This document shows positions 29,115 to 44,900 of a stretch of DNA of 64,000 nucleotides, in pieces (positions within the stretch are counted from its first letter, which is position 1; every line of letters starts with the position of its first letter). A model generated the notes under the pieces. The model searched no databases. It saw nothing but the letters and a program-made list of their open reading frames with translations, and had not been told where the DNA came from. Source of the DNA: Antedon mediterranea (Eukaryota; Animalia; Echinodermata); assembly GCF_964355755.1 (NCBI RefSeq), contig NC_092678.1, forward strand, positions 25,933,365-25,997,364, written 5' to 3'. The position numbers and the translations under genes are program-made.

Positions 29115-29858
29115 CGGCGTGGTTAGGATTCTGGCACCGGAACTCAACTGCCCACCGTTAGGGAATCCAACACGCTATTGCGCATGCCCAGAGCTCTGGG
29201 AAGTGAATTATAGCTCCACACCACGGAGAGTCGGAGTGTTATTGGTTATAGGGATTTACTGTAGCCTAGATAGTCGTTGCGCGAGCGAGAGAGCGATGGA
29301 TGAAACTTGGCCTATGCCATACATGAATTAATAATTAAAATACGACTACGCCATGCGTTAAAATAATTATAATGATATTAATAAGTATCAGTATCTATCT
29401 AAGAATCGTAATGCTGTTTTTAGCGTTGCGACCCTGACTTCCCGAACAGTTTTTTCACATCCACGCGGTGGCTGCCGTCAACAAATCAACTTGTGATTGC
29501 ATGTTGTTATGTACAGTATAATGCATTATGAAAAATCATAAAACTAGTCATGTAATTATATAATTCATAATGATATGAAGTTTATATATGAATGAAGCAA
29601 CCACTTTTTAATTACAAAATAAATACTATACGCCCACTGCCTGGTCATGTCTAACTGGTAGCCCTAGCCTAGATTAGTGGATCCCATATTAGCAGGCATC
29701 TAGGCTAGTTCGCCGTGTGGCGCAGCTATGAAATGATCCATCGCTGTGATAAGTATATAGAGTCGCCCCGATTACCTCACTCTGGGCATGCGCAATAGCG
29801 TGTCGGATTCCCTAACGCTGGGCAGTTGAGTTCCGGTGCCGGAATCCTAACCACGGCG
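29115..29858. mobile_element. MITE with about 80-bp TIRs and a 9-bp TSD (Mutator-like)
   Basis: CGGCGTGGTTAGGATTCTGGCACCGGAACTCAACTGCCCA... is inverted at about 29780-29858; TSD ATATTATAA at 29106-29114 and 29859-29867; lies in the putative PARP4 5' UTR intron. Confidence 0.85.
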
Positions 29859-29955
29859 ATATTATAACCCAATATACTGTAGCACCTCAGATATTCTTAA
29901 TTGGTTCGCATTGTATTTTTTGTTTCAGAATTCTGACATATAAACAGCTTTGATA

Positions 29956-32900
29956 ATGTTTGGTATTTTCCAAGGCTATCAATTTGCATTTGAGCTTGAC
30001 TACAGTTTCCGTTACAAACAAAAACAAGACCTAAAGAAGAAAATAACAAACAATGGTGGAATAATAACGTACATCCTTACAAAAAAGGTATTTTGAACCA
30101 ACTGCAAAGATTTTATTGATATGCTAGACCCTATTAAGCCGATTTTCAACTAGACGAATTTATTCGCGCAAATAAAAATTGTAAGCTTATACGCAAACAT
30201 GCATGCGTATAACCTGACGCTTTCGATTCACACGAACGATTTCGCATAGTGGAAAATCGGCTTTAATCAATTTTATTTTTGGTACACTGTGTCATGTCAT
30301 ACTTTTTCTAAAACAGGTTTATTTGATTTCAGACCAACTTTTTGATTGTAAGTAATGGAAACCAAGCTGAGTTAACATACAAAGGTAGAACTGCTCAGAA
30401 ACATGATATACCAATAGTCACTGTGGAGTTTATATACCGTTGTGTAAATGAGCAAAAAGTATTGAATTTCACAGATTACCTGGCAACTGATGGTAAGCAA
30501 GTAAAGGAATTTGAAAAAGGAAAAATCAAAAGTAAGTATTTAACCATTTAATTGCCAGAGAGCACCAAACACCAAACATCATCACACACTTGTGTGTTTA
30601 TATTTGAACCTGTGTTCACTACTACTTCTTTCTGAAGAAGAACTATCTACCCAATTAAAAGATATTCTATCATTTCTAGATATACCTATAATCTTTATTA
30701 TTTATTGAAAAGCCATATACTGTACTTATTACATAATTATTCTGTCTATGTATTTAACAGGTAAAACTAAGAGTGCTATAAAGACAAGCAGTTCACTTAA
30801 TGTTAATGCAGTCACGTATGTACTATTATTTATACTTTACAAAAGGAAATTATTTGACACAAATTATTATTTTGTAAATTCAATTTATTGTCAAATACTC
30901 CAAAATGGCGAAGAGATAATAGTTTGGTTTTATTTAGGAGAATTTATTGACTTCTTATGCAAATTAACACTATGTTTTTTGTTATACTCAGTACATATAA
31001 ATAGAGTATTTTATTGACTATTTCTTAAGCTAATTAATACTGTTTTTTTTATTATCAGTACATACAAATAGAGTATTTTATTGACTATTTCTTAAGCAAA
31101 TTAATACTGTATGTTTTGTTTCAGTACATATAAATGGGGTGACAATAAAGCACCAGAGTTTGATGAATTCAATTATGAAGTTGCCAAAAGCTGTCTCCTT
31201 TTGGTAAGTTTTATCTGAACAACTAAAAATCCAAATTAGTCACTGATTCACAGAGAATATCTACAGTCAAAATGTTATTAATTTTTTTTTCAGGGTTCAC
31301 CAAAACCCAAAAAGGGTAGCCTTTTTTACCAGCTTGAACTGCATGTTTTACCAATTACCAACCAGTCTACTATCAAAAAAAGCTTTCGTGTGTTCTGTCA
31401 CCATGGAAACTGCAATGACCTTAAGGTAGGCATACCTACAGTAGGTTTGTTAAGTTACGTACTACTGCCCTCACGTCAGCATTCATGAAGTTAAAAACTG
31501 TGTTATCACTTTATAAATAACCATACACAAAATGTTAATGTTTTTCCTTTGATTTTAATTAGGATGAAAATAGTGGTTCAAAAGAATGTCGGTATTTGCA
31601 GTCTAGCTCTGATGCCCTTAAAATATATGCACACTTATACAACTTGTACAGTGGTCCAGCCCACAATTACAAGAAATCAAACAAGTTTATCTCAAGATGG
31701 ATTGGATCTGATAAACAGAGAAAGGTAGAATTTGATTTGAAAAAAGAATGTAGAAAATTATGTAGTAGAACTATGAAATGTCATAATATTAATTACAATT
31801 AGTTTGAAACAACACAATTTGGAATTCATTAATTTCAATGTTTTTCTTTAGATCTCTATGGAATCCAGTTTTGAATCTGATTCTCTGTCATCAGAAATAG
31901 TTGAGTTGGTAGAGCATATTTGGCAAGAAGCAAATGAAGAACTAAATGAGCTCCTGTCTCTGCCGCAAGCAAGTCTAAAGAAAGAACAGGTACATTTGAT
32001 TCCTTGGCTACATGCCAATTTCATTGTTGGCTGTTTTGCCTTTTAAATATGCACATTGTTTTGGAAGGCAAGAATAGATACTAATGTTGTTGTTATTTAA
32101 TTTATTCAGGTTGAAAAAGCTGAAGCAATACTTCTACAAATAAAGCATGAATTGGATAAAAACCAAAATAGGACAGAGCTTGATAAACTTAGTAAGAGAT
32201 TCTTTGAGCTAATACCTCTTCAGAAAACGTACAGTGTGATTGAAGACAAACTGATGTTAACAAGAGTACATGATATTTGTCAAGTATGTAGAATTTTTTT
32301 ACTTTGTTCTTTGTTAATTATTTCAGCGGTCGTTATGATCTAGATCAAACAAACTGATTTTTTATTGCTTAATTTTATAGCTGATTAAAGATGTAGTGAG
32401 TGTGAGTGAAGCCACTGAATTTTCACCACGTAGCAGTATTCAGGCTAAGGTCCGTGCTCTCAGATGTCACATTCAGCATCTGTCAACTTCATCCCCAGAA
32501 TTTAAAACAATTTTAGACATGGTCAAGGCTAACAATGAAAGGTAAATAAAAGTGACATTTTAGACAAATATGCAATAAATACTAAGTTAAAATTATACAT
32601 AATTTAATATAAACTACAACATTTGTTAAAATTATTTTACAGTAGAAATAAATTTGATGTTAAAAACATTTTTGCTGTTAATCGACCAATCGAGGAGACT
32701 AACTTTGCAAATCATCTTGGAAATAAAAAGCTTTTATTTCATGCATCCAAGCCAGCAAACTTTGTTGGGATATTTACACGGTTTGTATAATAGTTTTGAT
32801 AATTATTTTGTAATAATGTTGACAACATCACACACAATAAAACATGTCTTTCCTATTAAAATAACAAGCATAGTACAGAACCTGATTCTATTCTTTGTTG

Positions 32901-35900
32901 TGTTATTATGTTTATCTTATATTGTTTGAAGGTTTTCATGGCGAAATCAAATGTTGATATAAAGTTTGCAGTACACCACATGTATTAGTTCTGAAAAGAA
33001 TTGTTGAGTCTCTCGACGTGCTTTGATCGTCCTAAGGAGTGAGAATGATTGATCGAAACGTCGAGAAACTCAACAGTTTATTTCAGAACTAATACATGTG
33101 GTGTACCGCAAACTTTATATCAACATATGTTTATCTTATAGTGTTAACTTACATATTTAATTGTGTCAGGTTGTCTTGATGTTAACACTTGTATTTTCAG
33201 AGGCCTTCTTCTGCCAAAAATAGTTGTAGATGATTTTGGTGGAAAAAGAACAGATCCTGGCAACCTGGGATGTGGAATTTATTTTACAGACAGTAGCAGG
33301 TATGCTCTATTATTAGTAACAATGATTGTGAATCTTAGTGTGTTACACTTCTTTTATATTGTATGCAAATTGTATTGTTTTCTATATTTTCAATAAAGAG
33401 ACAAAGACAGTTTTATTATTTATTTCATTTCATTGACCATAAGTATTGATTGCCTGAACTATAATGAAAAAAAGTATAAAAAGTGCTTTAACTACAACAT
33501 ATCTTTGGTTTATTTCTTTAATAGTACAAGTGGAAAGTACTCTTCTCGAGGAAAAGTTAAAGGATCTCGCTTTATGCTAGTAAATGAAGTAGCACTTGGA
33601 AAGTGTCTGGATATGAAGTCTAAAGATTACAAACTGTCATCTGCCCCAAGGGGCTATGATAGTGTGCATGGTGTGAAAACAGCAGTTGGAATAAAGTCGG
33701 ATTTCATGGTATTTTAACACACACTTTCAATAATAACTTTTAGTTGATGTAGATCCTGTATTTGAATCAGAATCTGAGTGGTGATTCCATTGTTTTTTTT
33801 ACACCAAATCCTTGATAGTGATTTTTGGCTCTAGTTAAAACAGCATTTGTTGATGTTTTTTTTTTTTTAAGGATGATGAGTTAGTTGTATACAATACAAA
33901 TCAACAACGCATTCGTTACCTTGTTGAGTTTACACTTCCTGAGGACACCATCAAAGATATTGTTCATATGTCGACGATGAAAGAATCACAGGATAAAGAT
34001 TTAGAAATGATGCATACAGATATCAGTAAGTAGCTATTTTGTTTATATTTAAAAAACACTGATTGAAATCTAGTTTATTAAGCATTATCTGATGAACACT
34101 TAATATTCCTAATGTTTTAGATATTGATGATATTGAATGTATTGTGAATCCATTGGACAAGGTACAAGCTGGTCTGCAGTCTGTGGACAATCATTCTGTC
34201 CCACTAACTGCTGTTCATATCAAAGCAAAGTTGATAGATCTTGCTGCTCAGGTTAGACTCAACAATTAATAGTTAGTTTCCATAACACTGTTCTAGTGAT
34301 CTTGTTGTATAATACATTGTTTCATTAAGTATAGTTGATCATACTTAACAAAATGTATGCTTTATGAACGTGTGCAATGGTACAGCTTGACCCTAACCTT
34401 TTTGTATAAGGTAAAAACTAAGCAAATAATTAATCATACCCAATTTTCACTGATAAATGAATCATTTTATTTACAGGTTGTTGTACTCCAAGCTTATAAG
34501 AATGACAACAACGTTCCAATTGAAGCCAAGTATGTATTCCCTCTGGATGACATGGCAGCAGTGTGTGGCTTTGAGGCTTTCATTGATGGTAAACACATCA
34601 TTGGTGAAGTTAAAGATAAAGAGGTCGCTCATCACGAATACAAAGAGGCCATCAGAAAAGGACATGGGGCTTACTTAATGGATGAGGAAACACCCGTAAG
34701 TAACTTAAGGGGCTTACTTAATGGATGAGGAAACACCCGTAAGTAACTTAAGGGGCTTACTTAATGGATGAGGAAACACCCGTAAGTAACTTAAGGGGCT
34801 TACTTAATGGATGAGGAAACACCCGTAAGTAACTTAAGGGGCTTACTTAATGGATGAGGAAACACCCGTAAGTAACTTAAGGGGCTTACTTAATGGATGA
34901 GGAAACACCCGTAAGTAACTTAAGAGGCTTACTTAATGGATGAGGAAACACCCGTAAGTAACTTCAGAGTTTTAAAACCCGCTTTAATATAACTAATTAC
35001 TAACTACATTGATTAAGAGCTTTGATTGGTTGATATAATAAGAGGTTACCTACATTGATTAAGAGCTTTGATTGGTTGATATAATAAGAGGTTACCTACA
35101 TTGATTAAGAGCTTTGATTGGTTGATATAATAAGGGGAGGTTACCTACATTGATTAAGAGCTTTGATTGGTTGATATAATAAGAGGTTACCTACATTGAT
35201 TAAGAGCTTTGATTGGTTGATATAATAAGAGATTACCTACATTGATTAAGAGCTTTGATTGGTTGATATGTAACATACATTGATTAAGAGCTTTGATTGG
35301 TTGATATAATAAGAGATTACCTACATTGATTAAGAGCTTTGATTGGTTGATATAATAAGAGATTACATACATTGACTAAGAGCTTTGATTGGTTGATTTG
35401 TTTTGTTTTCTAAAGGATGTTTTTACTGTGAGTGTGGGTAACTTGCCTCCAAATTCTGAAGTGTTGATTAAAATCACCTACGTAGCAGAGTTGGCTGTTG
35501 ATTCTAGTAAGATTGTTTTCAATCTTCCCGGCAGTGTAGCACCTTGGAAAAAAAATAGTGCTCTCTCTGTGACAACACAGGAAGAAATGGAAACCATGAA
35601 GATTTCGAGCAAACCAAAAGGGTACACATATTTCACATTTTATTATGCCAATGTTTTATCAATTGAAAATAAAAGGTTGTCACCTAACTAAGCTTTTGAA
35701 AGCATTTGTAATTTAATTTATGAATTTGTATTTTGTAATGTAATTTCCATTGATAGTATTTTAAATGATACAAACAAATTAATTTTCCCCCGCAGAGATA
35801 CATCAGTCCAGGTTGCAATTGAGATGCCTTATGAAATTCGTTCCATTAAGTCTCCAACTCATCCTGTCAAAATGAAGGTAACAACAAATATATAAGTGAA

Positions 35901-38900
35901 TTATTTGTTATTGATCAATAAATATTGACTAGCTTCAGGTATTGATAGATTTTTTTTATTATCTAGCAATCTGCTACCAAGGCTACAGTAGAATTACAGA
36001 AGAATATTTCACTGGGAGATGGTTTTCAACTGTTGATCCAATTAGCAGAAATACATGTACCCAGAATGTGGGTTGAGAGACATCCAGAAAAGGTTGACTC
36101 ACAGGTATGACTTGTTTAAAACAGAAAAGGTTGACTCACAGGTATGACTTGTTTAAAACCAAATGTTTCAATATGTTTTTGATATTCCAGTAGTTTAAAA
36201 AAAAAAATTTAAAACAAATGTATGTACGATATTTTTTTCCCATGACATTTACTTTGTTGTTGTTAATAGGCATGTATGTTGACATTCTATCCTAAGTTTG
36301 AAAGTTAAAATAAATTTAGTTATGATAGTTTTTACATTTGCTGCATTTGTTGTTGTTATTAGGCATGTATGTTGACATTCTATCCTGAGTTTGAAAGTGA
36401 AGATAATGAATCTCCAGAGATTCTATTAGTGCTTGATTTGTCAAACTCAATGAAAGGAGAGAATTTGTTGGAAGCTAAGAAGATTCTTCTTATGACTCTT
36501 CATCATCTTCCATCTAAAGCACTGTTCAACATCATCACATTTGGAACAAGTAAGGCGGAAATTATTATCATCTGTTAAACAAAATAGTAAAATATTTGGC
36601 CAATACAAAACAAATTTGTAATCGATGTACTGATATCTTTGTTTTTTAGATTTTGACGAGTTGTTTCCAGCTAGCCAACCAGTGTCTAATGCTAATCTGT
36701 CTCTTGCTAAAACGTTCATCTTCTGTGTTCAAGCTAATATGGGCAACACAGAAGTATGGCGTCCTCTTCATGCCTACTTTTTGCTTAGTGATGCCAAATG
36801 TCTGCGCAACATCTTTTTGATTTCTGATGGACACATCAATAATGAGGAATCTACTTTAAGAGCAATTCGACTAAATTCAAAAACTAACCGAGTGTTTACT
36901 TTTGGGATAAGGTATATTAGTTTTCAATCCATAAGATGAATTTAGTTTAAATAAAATGTTTTTAACTTATAAAATTCATGAATGGTCATTCAGAAGAGAA
37001 TCATTGTATTCATGTCTTCAACTGTTTCTATTACCTTAGCTCTAGTGGCAACAAACACTTGCTGAGAGCCATCGCCCGTGTCGGAACTGGAGCCTTTGAA
37101 TTCTTTGATACAACTACAAAGTCCAAGTGGGAAAGAAAGGTTAGAGGTTAAATAAAAATAAACAAAATAATTATAATCTGTTTTAGAATGACACTAAATA
37201 ATACAATAATTTTAAAATGATTTTAATAGATCAAAAATCAGTTATTGAAAGCTAGGCAACCAGCATTAAGCAACGTGAGTGTTGAATGGCAACAATTTGA
37301 TGACAACGCCCCCAAACCAATCCAAGCGCCCGGACAAATAACATCGTTATTCAGTGGATCACGGCAAGTAGTGTATGGATACATTCCATTTTGCCAACAG
37401 GTTAGAATCATTCATAATTCACATACAGTTTATTAAACTTACATCAACAATTTAAATATCCAGATTGAGAACATAGTGTCCTTGATTTCTCAGTGCTAAC
37501 AATTTAAATATCCAGATTGAGAATATAGAGTCCTTGGTTACTCAGTGCTAACAATTTAAATATCCAGATTGAGAACATAGTGTCCTTGGTTACTCAGTGC
37601 TAACAATTTAAATATCCAGATTGAGAACATAGTGTCCTTGGTTACTCAGTGCTAACTGGTTTTGTGATATAATTTAATGATTGTGCATTCTTTTCGAAAT
37701 ATTTCTATTTGATAAATATCAAATGTGAAAACAATTTCATCTGGTTTTGATATAAAAAGGAGAAACTGTTTCCGACATTCGTAAGTTTTTCACAGGTTTT
37801 ATGAGCTCTATCTTTTTATTACCATTCCATTAAAGGCAACTTTAAAAGCTGAGGTTGGTGGAGAAGAAATATCAACCATGGTTTCCACTCAGGAACTTAA
37901 TATAACAAAAGGAAAGGTAAGACATTAGTACATTTTATGTTATTAATCTTTAGAAGTATTTCTCAAAATCCTCAATTTTTAATATCAAATTCTATATCAA
38001 TGTTGAAAAAGCAATATCGTTGCATTATGACCAAATTTCATATGGAGATGAATTTATTATAACTTGATTGATTTCCAAATCATACATATTTCTTGATACA
38101 TACAGTAGCAGTTTCCATATCAATAATAACAATTGTATACAAAATGATTAAAAACCTGTAGATACTACACCAACTTACGGCCAGAGCTATTTATATCTAT
38201 GTCAATAATAACAGTTGTATACAAAATGATTAAAAATCTGTAGATACTACACCAACTGACGGCCAGAGCTATTTATATCTATGTCAATAATAACAATTGT
38301 ATACAAAATGATTAAAAACCTGTAGATACTACACCAACTGACGGCCAGAGCTATTTATATCTATGTCAATAATAACAATTGTATATAAAATGATTAAAAA
38401 CCTGTAGATACTACACCAACTGACGGCCAGAGCTATTTATATCTATGTCAATAATAACAATTGTATATAAAATGATTAAAAACCTGTAGATACTACACCA
38501 ACTGACGGCCAGAGCTATTTATATCTATGTCAATAATAACAATTGTATACAAAATGATTAAAAACCTGTAGATACTACACCAACTAACGGCCAGAGCAAT
38601 CATCCGTGACTGGGAAGATGGAACTTTGGATGTTGACCCGGTAGAGCATGACATTAAGAAAGAAGCTCAGAAATCTTACATCATTGATGTCAGTAAAGAG
38701 TATTCTATAGTGACACAATTTACCAGTTTTATCGCCGTAGAAGAACGACATATGGTTTGTATTTATTGGTTAATATTACTTACTTGTTATATAACATGTC
38801 ACCCATATACCTGTACTTCTCTGAGGGTCTGTTTCTGCTGCATAACGCAATTTAACCGGTTATTTTTAAATAGATTAAAAATAGATAACAATAACAAGAC

Positions 38901-41900
38901 CGCGTTTCTGCTCAATTTGTGCTCCGAAATAACCGGTTAAATCTATGGGTGGTCGTCGAGCAAAACGTCATCATTACCCAAAATGCAATACACTCAGACG
39001 GAAGTAGTAAGTTGGCTGTTTGTTTACATCGACGTCGTCAGTACACACGTGTGTATATCGCCGAACATCTCAAACATGTTAAAATAATAAAATGTTGTCT
39101 ACAGATCTACAAGTTTTGTTTTTTGTAAAGCCTACTTACTGATCGCTATTAAAATTAATTCTCATGGCGCCTTCAAAAACATGGGGAGGGTCGTGCAGCG
39201 CCCGATCGCCTAGGATAATTTTTATCTAGCCTAAAATTCATCAACAAAGGCGATGATGATACGGCCCTTACCACGTGAACGACTGTTGTCTTTCGCGAGC
39301 GCGCGGTCCTACAAAAAACCAAACGGAAACAAAAACGAGACTTAGAATGTTGCAATACCTACCAAACGAGAGTAGATAATTGTTAATTAATTATGATTCA
39401 TGAAACCCTAACTTTTATAGCAAAAATCGTCCGAATTTGTGTTAAAAACGACGAGTTTAGCCACAAAAACTTAAATCAAACGAGAGTATCCAAGTCATAG
39501 AATATCGCACGCACATAGTGCCTTTAATAGAATAATGAGTATTAAACATTGTTTCGCATAATATTATGTACTAACATAAATAATAACACATTTCTATGCT
39601 TAATAAAATCATATTTAATATATTATCAAAGGCTCTCATAACCTTTGTTTTCGGTCGATGTGATGTTTTTCTAAAAAAATTTTATAAAACGATCAAATTA
39701 AGATTGTTCATTGTTCTCCTATTAAAGGCACTAAGGGCGTGCCATAAATACGCTCGTTTGGATTAAGTTTTTGTTGCTAAATTCATCGTTTATAACATAA
39801 ATTCGGATGATTTTTGCTATAAAATTTGGGTTTTCATAATCAATTAACCATTATCTACTATCGTTTGGTAGGTATTTGCAACATTTTGAGTCCCTTTTGT
39901 TTCCGTTTTGGTGTTAATATAGGACCATCCATACCCTTCGCGAGCGTGTACTAACGCCTCAAATTGCTTAGCTTGGGTAGTCCCCGGAACTCCACCCCAA
40001 ATTCCTCTTTTACTTTCGCAAAAATGCTCTTATTTATTATCTGTGATTCTTTTCTATTGCCTGCCATCCTTCCCCGTACTTTCTCTCCCTCCACAACTGA
40101 ATAACATATCTTGTGATTTCATTCATCCACATACATGTTCACTTCTTCGTTCGACTGTCAAAACCACGAGGAAAACACACACCGTATGCGACGGTATCTG
40201 ACCCGGGGTCACAACTGTCAATCAAATAACCGTTATTTCGTGTTGCAGCTAAGAATTGCTCAGCGATAACCGGTTAAACGGCGTTCTAACACCGATTTAA
40301 ATTGGTGTTTTTAACCGGTTATTTTGCGCTGCCTTTTAACCGGTTACCACAAATTTGTCCTGTTTCTGCTGCCAAGAAAATGGAGTTAATTTATTCACAC
40401 CGATTTTAATTTATTCACACCGATTTTAACCGGTTATTTTTATGCAGCAGAAACAGGCCCTGAGGTACACGCAGGAGGAAACAATGAGCCAAACAAAACT
40501 TTAGATTGCTTGTTACATAATTTATTGGAATAATTTAGTTAGTGCCACCAGACCATATTGAAGGTTGTCTGCATATAAAGCAGAAGTGTTTGAATTATGT
40601 TTGGTACATAATTTTCTTTAAAAAAGAGTTAAATAATAGTAAGTACTTTTTAAAAATGAATTTATATTGTTCAAAAATACATACAGACTGATTTCCTTGG
40701 AACTGTTTTCAAGCCAAGTATTAATGACCTGGTTGCGAAAGAAGATGTTGATGTTATTCCTTATATTGGCTGGGAAGAAAATTTTGAGCATAGTGTTCAG
40801 AAAAAAGAAGTTGGATGTACAAGTTTGGAAGAAAATAATGAAGATGAATATTCAGTTTCAGAGTCTTATTATTCTGAAGATTTTTTGGTAAGACTAAGTA
40901 CACCCATAAAACACACAATAAGATAAGATAAGGATAAGAGAAAATATAAGAAAATAACTGGGAAAAAATCAAACAATGGAATATATATTAGGAAGATGTA
41001 TAACATCATTGTATTGATCATTTGAAAATGAAATGAATAAAAGTAGTTAACGCCACAAAAGAGAAAAAAAAAAATAGTAAAACACACAATCAAGTGATTC
41101 TAATAACTACTTTAAAACCTTTCTGTCCAATAATTATATGTTGTCTTGAGAGTTGTTCTATTTAGCTTTTACATTAATACTAAATTGTATTTTTAATCTT
41201 TTAGAGTGAATCGGACATGCTTTGCAATTTTGAATATTTAGGTTAGTGAATGATATTGTGTTATATAATTGTGTATAAACAACATTACACCATGTTAAAT
41301 ACTACATGACAGGAACACATAATTTATTATGATTCATGTTAGGGCTTTGACTCCTAACCCTTTTTGTATCTCAAACCATTCTATACTGTATGCCATTCTA
41401 TAATACCAAATTGCCTGATTGTATAGTCTATTATTAAAATATACTGTATGCCATTCTATAATACCAAATTGCCTGATTGTATAGTCTATTATTAAAATAT
41501 ACTGTATGCCATTCTATAATACCAAATTGCCCGATTGTATAGTCTATTATTAAAATATACTGTATGCCATTCTATAATACCAAATTGCCTGATTGTATAG
41601 TCTATTATTAAAATATACTGTATGCCATTCTATAATACCAAATTGCCTGATTGTATAGTCTATTATTAAAATATACTGTATGCCATTCTATAGTACCAAA
41701 TTGCCTGATTGTATAGTCTATTATTAAAATATACTGTATGCCATTCTATAATACCAAATTGCCTGATTGTATAGTCTATTATTAAAATATACTGTATGCC
41801 ATTCTATAATACCAAATTGCCTGATTGTATAGTCTATTATTAAAATATACTGTATACCATTCTATAATACCAAATTGCCTGATTGTATAGTCTATTATTA

Positions 41901-44900
41901 AAATATACTGTATGCCATTCTATAGTACCAAATTGCCTGATTGTATAGTCTATTATTAAAATATACTGTATGCCATTCTATAATACCAAATTGTCTGATT
42001 GTATAGTCTATTATTAAAATATACTGTATACCATTCTATAATACCAAATTGCCTGATTGTATAGTCTATTATTAAAATATACTGTATGCCATTCTATAGT
42101 ACCAAATTGCCTGATTGTATAGTCTATTATTAAAATATACTGTATGCCATTCTATAATACCAAATTGCCTGATTGTATAGTCTATTATTAAAATATACTG
42201 TATGCCATTCTATAATACCAAATTGCCTGATTGTATAGTCTATTATTAAAATATACTGTATGCCATTCTATGATACCAAATTGCCTGATTGTATAGTCTA
42301 TTATTAAAATATACTGTATGCCATTCTATAATACCAAATTGCCTGATTGTATAGTCTATTATTAAAATATACTGTATGCCATTCTATGATACCAAATTGC
42401 CTGATTGTATAGTCTATTATTAAAATATACTGTATGCCATTCTATAATACCAAATTGCCCGATTGTATAGTCTATTATTAAAATATACTGTATGCCATTC
42501 TATAATACCAAATTGCCTGATTGTATAGTCTATTATTAAAATATACTGTATGCCATTCTATAATACCAAATTGCCTGATTGTATAGTCTATTATTAAAAT
42601 ATACTGTATGCCATTCTATAATACCAAATTGCCTGATTGTATAGTCTATTATTAAAATATACTGTATGTCATTCTATAATACCAAATTGCCTGATTGTAT
42701 AGTCTATTATTAAAATATACTGTATGCCATTCTATAATACCAAATTGCCTGATTGTATAGTCTATTATTAAAATATACTGTATGCCATTCTATAATACCA
42801 AATTGCCTGATTGTATAGTCTATTATTAAAATATACTGTATGTCATTCTATAATACCAAATTGCCTGATTGTATAGTCTATTATTAAAATATACTGTATG
42901 CCATTCTATAATACCAAATTGCCTGATTGTATAGTCTATTATTAAAATATACTGTATGCCATTCTATGATACCAAATTGCCTGATTGTATAGTCTATTAT
43001 TAAAATATACTGTATGTCATTCTATAATACCAAATTGCCTGATTGTATAGTCTATTATTAAAATATACTGTATGCCATTCTATGATACCAAATTGCCTGA
43101 TTGTATAGTCTATTATTAAAATATACTGTATGCCATTCTATAATACCAAATTGCCCGATTGTATAGTCTATTATTAAAATATACTGTATGCCATTCTATA
43201 ATACCAAATTGCCTGATTGTATAGTCTATTATTAAAATATACTGTATGCCATTCTATAATACCAAATTGCCTGATTGTATAGTCTATTATTAAAATATAC
43301 TGTATGCCATTCTATGATACCAAATTGCCTGATTGTATAGTCTATTATTAAAATATACTGTATGCCATTCTATAATACCAAATTGCCCGATTGTATAGTC
43401 TATTATTAAAATATACTGTATGCCATTCTATAATACCAAATTGCCTGATTGTATAGTCTATTATTAAAATATACTGTATGCCATTCTATAATACCAAATT
43501 GCCTGATTGTATAGTCTATTATTAAAATATACTGTATGCCATTCTATGATACCAAATTGCCTGATTGTATAGTCTATTATTAAAATATACTGTATGCCAT
43601 TCTATAATACCAAATTGCCCGATTGTATAGTCTATTATTAAAATATACTGTATGCCATTCTATAATACCAAATTGCCTGATTGTATAGTCTATTATTAAA
43701 ATATACTGTATGCCATTCTATAATACCAAATTGCCTGATTGTATAGTCTATTATTAAAATATACTGTATGCCATTCTATAATACCAAATTGCCTGATTGT
43801 ATAGTCTATTATTAAAATATACTGTATGCCATTCTATAATACCAAATTGCCTGATTGTATAGTCTATTATTAAAATATACTGTATGTCATTCTATAATAC
43901 CAAATTGCCTGATTGTATAGTCTATTATTAAAATATACTCTATGCCATTCTATAATACCAAATTGCCTGATTGTATAGTCTATTATTAAAATATACTGTA
44001 TGTCATTCTATAATACCAAATTGCCTGATTGTATAGTCTATTATTAAAATATACTGTATGTCATTCTATAATACCAAATTGCCTGATTGTATAGTCTATT
44101 ATTAAAATATACTGTATGCCATTCTATAATACCAAATTGCCTGATTGTATAGTCTATTATTAAAATATACTCTATGCCATTCTATAATACCAAATTGCCT
44201 GATTGTATAGTCTATTATTAAAATATACTGTATGCCATTCTATAATACCAAATTGCCTGATTGTATAGTCTATTATTAAAATATACTGTATGCCATTCTA
44301 TAATACCAAATTGCCTGATTGTATAGTCTATTATTAAAATATACTGTATGTCATTCTATAATACCAAATTGCCTGATTGTATAGTCTATTATTAAAATAT
44401 ACTCTATGTCATTCTATAATACCAAATTGCCTATGTAATTTTTATTAATTAAATTGCTGGTTCTTTTACAGATTATGAAGTTGGCGACTCATTTGAATCA
44501 GAATGTAAGTGAATGGTTTGCTATTACAGTACAGCTTGTAGATCAGTTAAGACCCTTTCTCACAGACGTGCCTGCAATATACCGGTATGATGCTGGCGTC
44601 GTGCCGGTATCGTTACCGGCATATACCTATTCTCATTACGGCATGGTAATGGTACATTCCCGCAACATTTCTGGCACACAGCTCTGTGAGAATGGGGCTT
44701 TATAGGAATATATAGTCTCTAGTGTGATGTCCTGTTAAGTAATTATTTTGTTTTTTCTGTAATTTTTATTAATTAAATTGCTGGTTCTTTTACAGATTAT
44801 GAAGTTAACGACTCATTTGAATCAGAATGTAAGTGAATGTTTTGCTATTACAGTACAGCTATTTGAATGTAAGTGAATGACTTGCTATTACAGTACAGCT

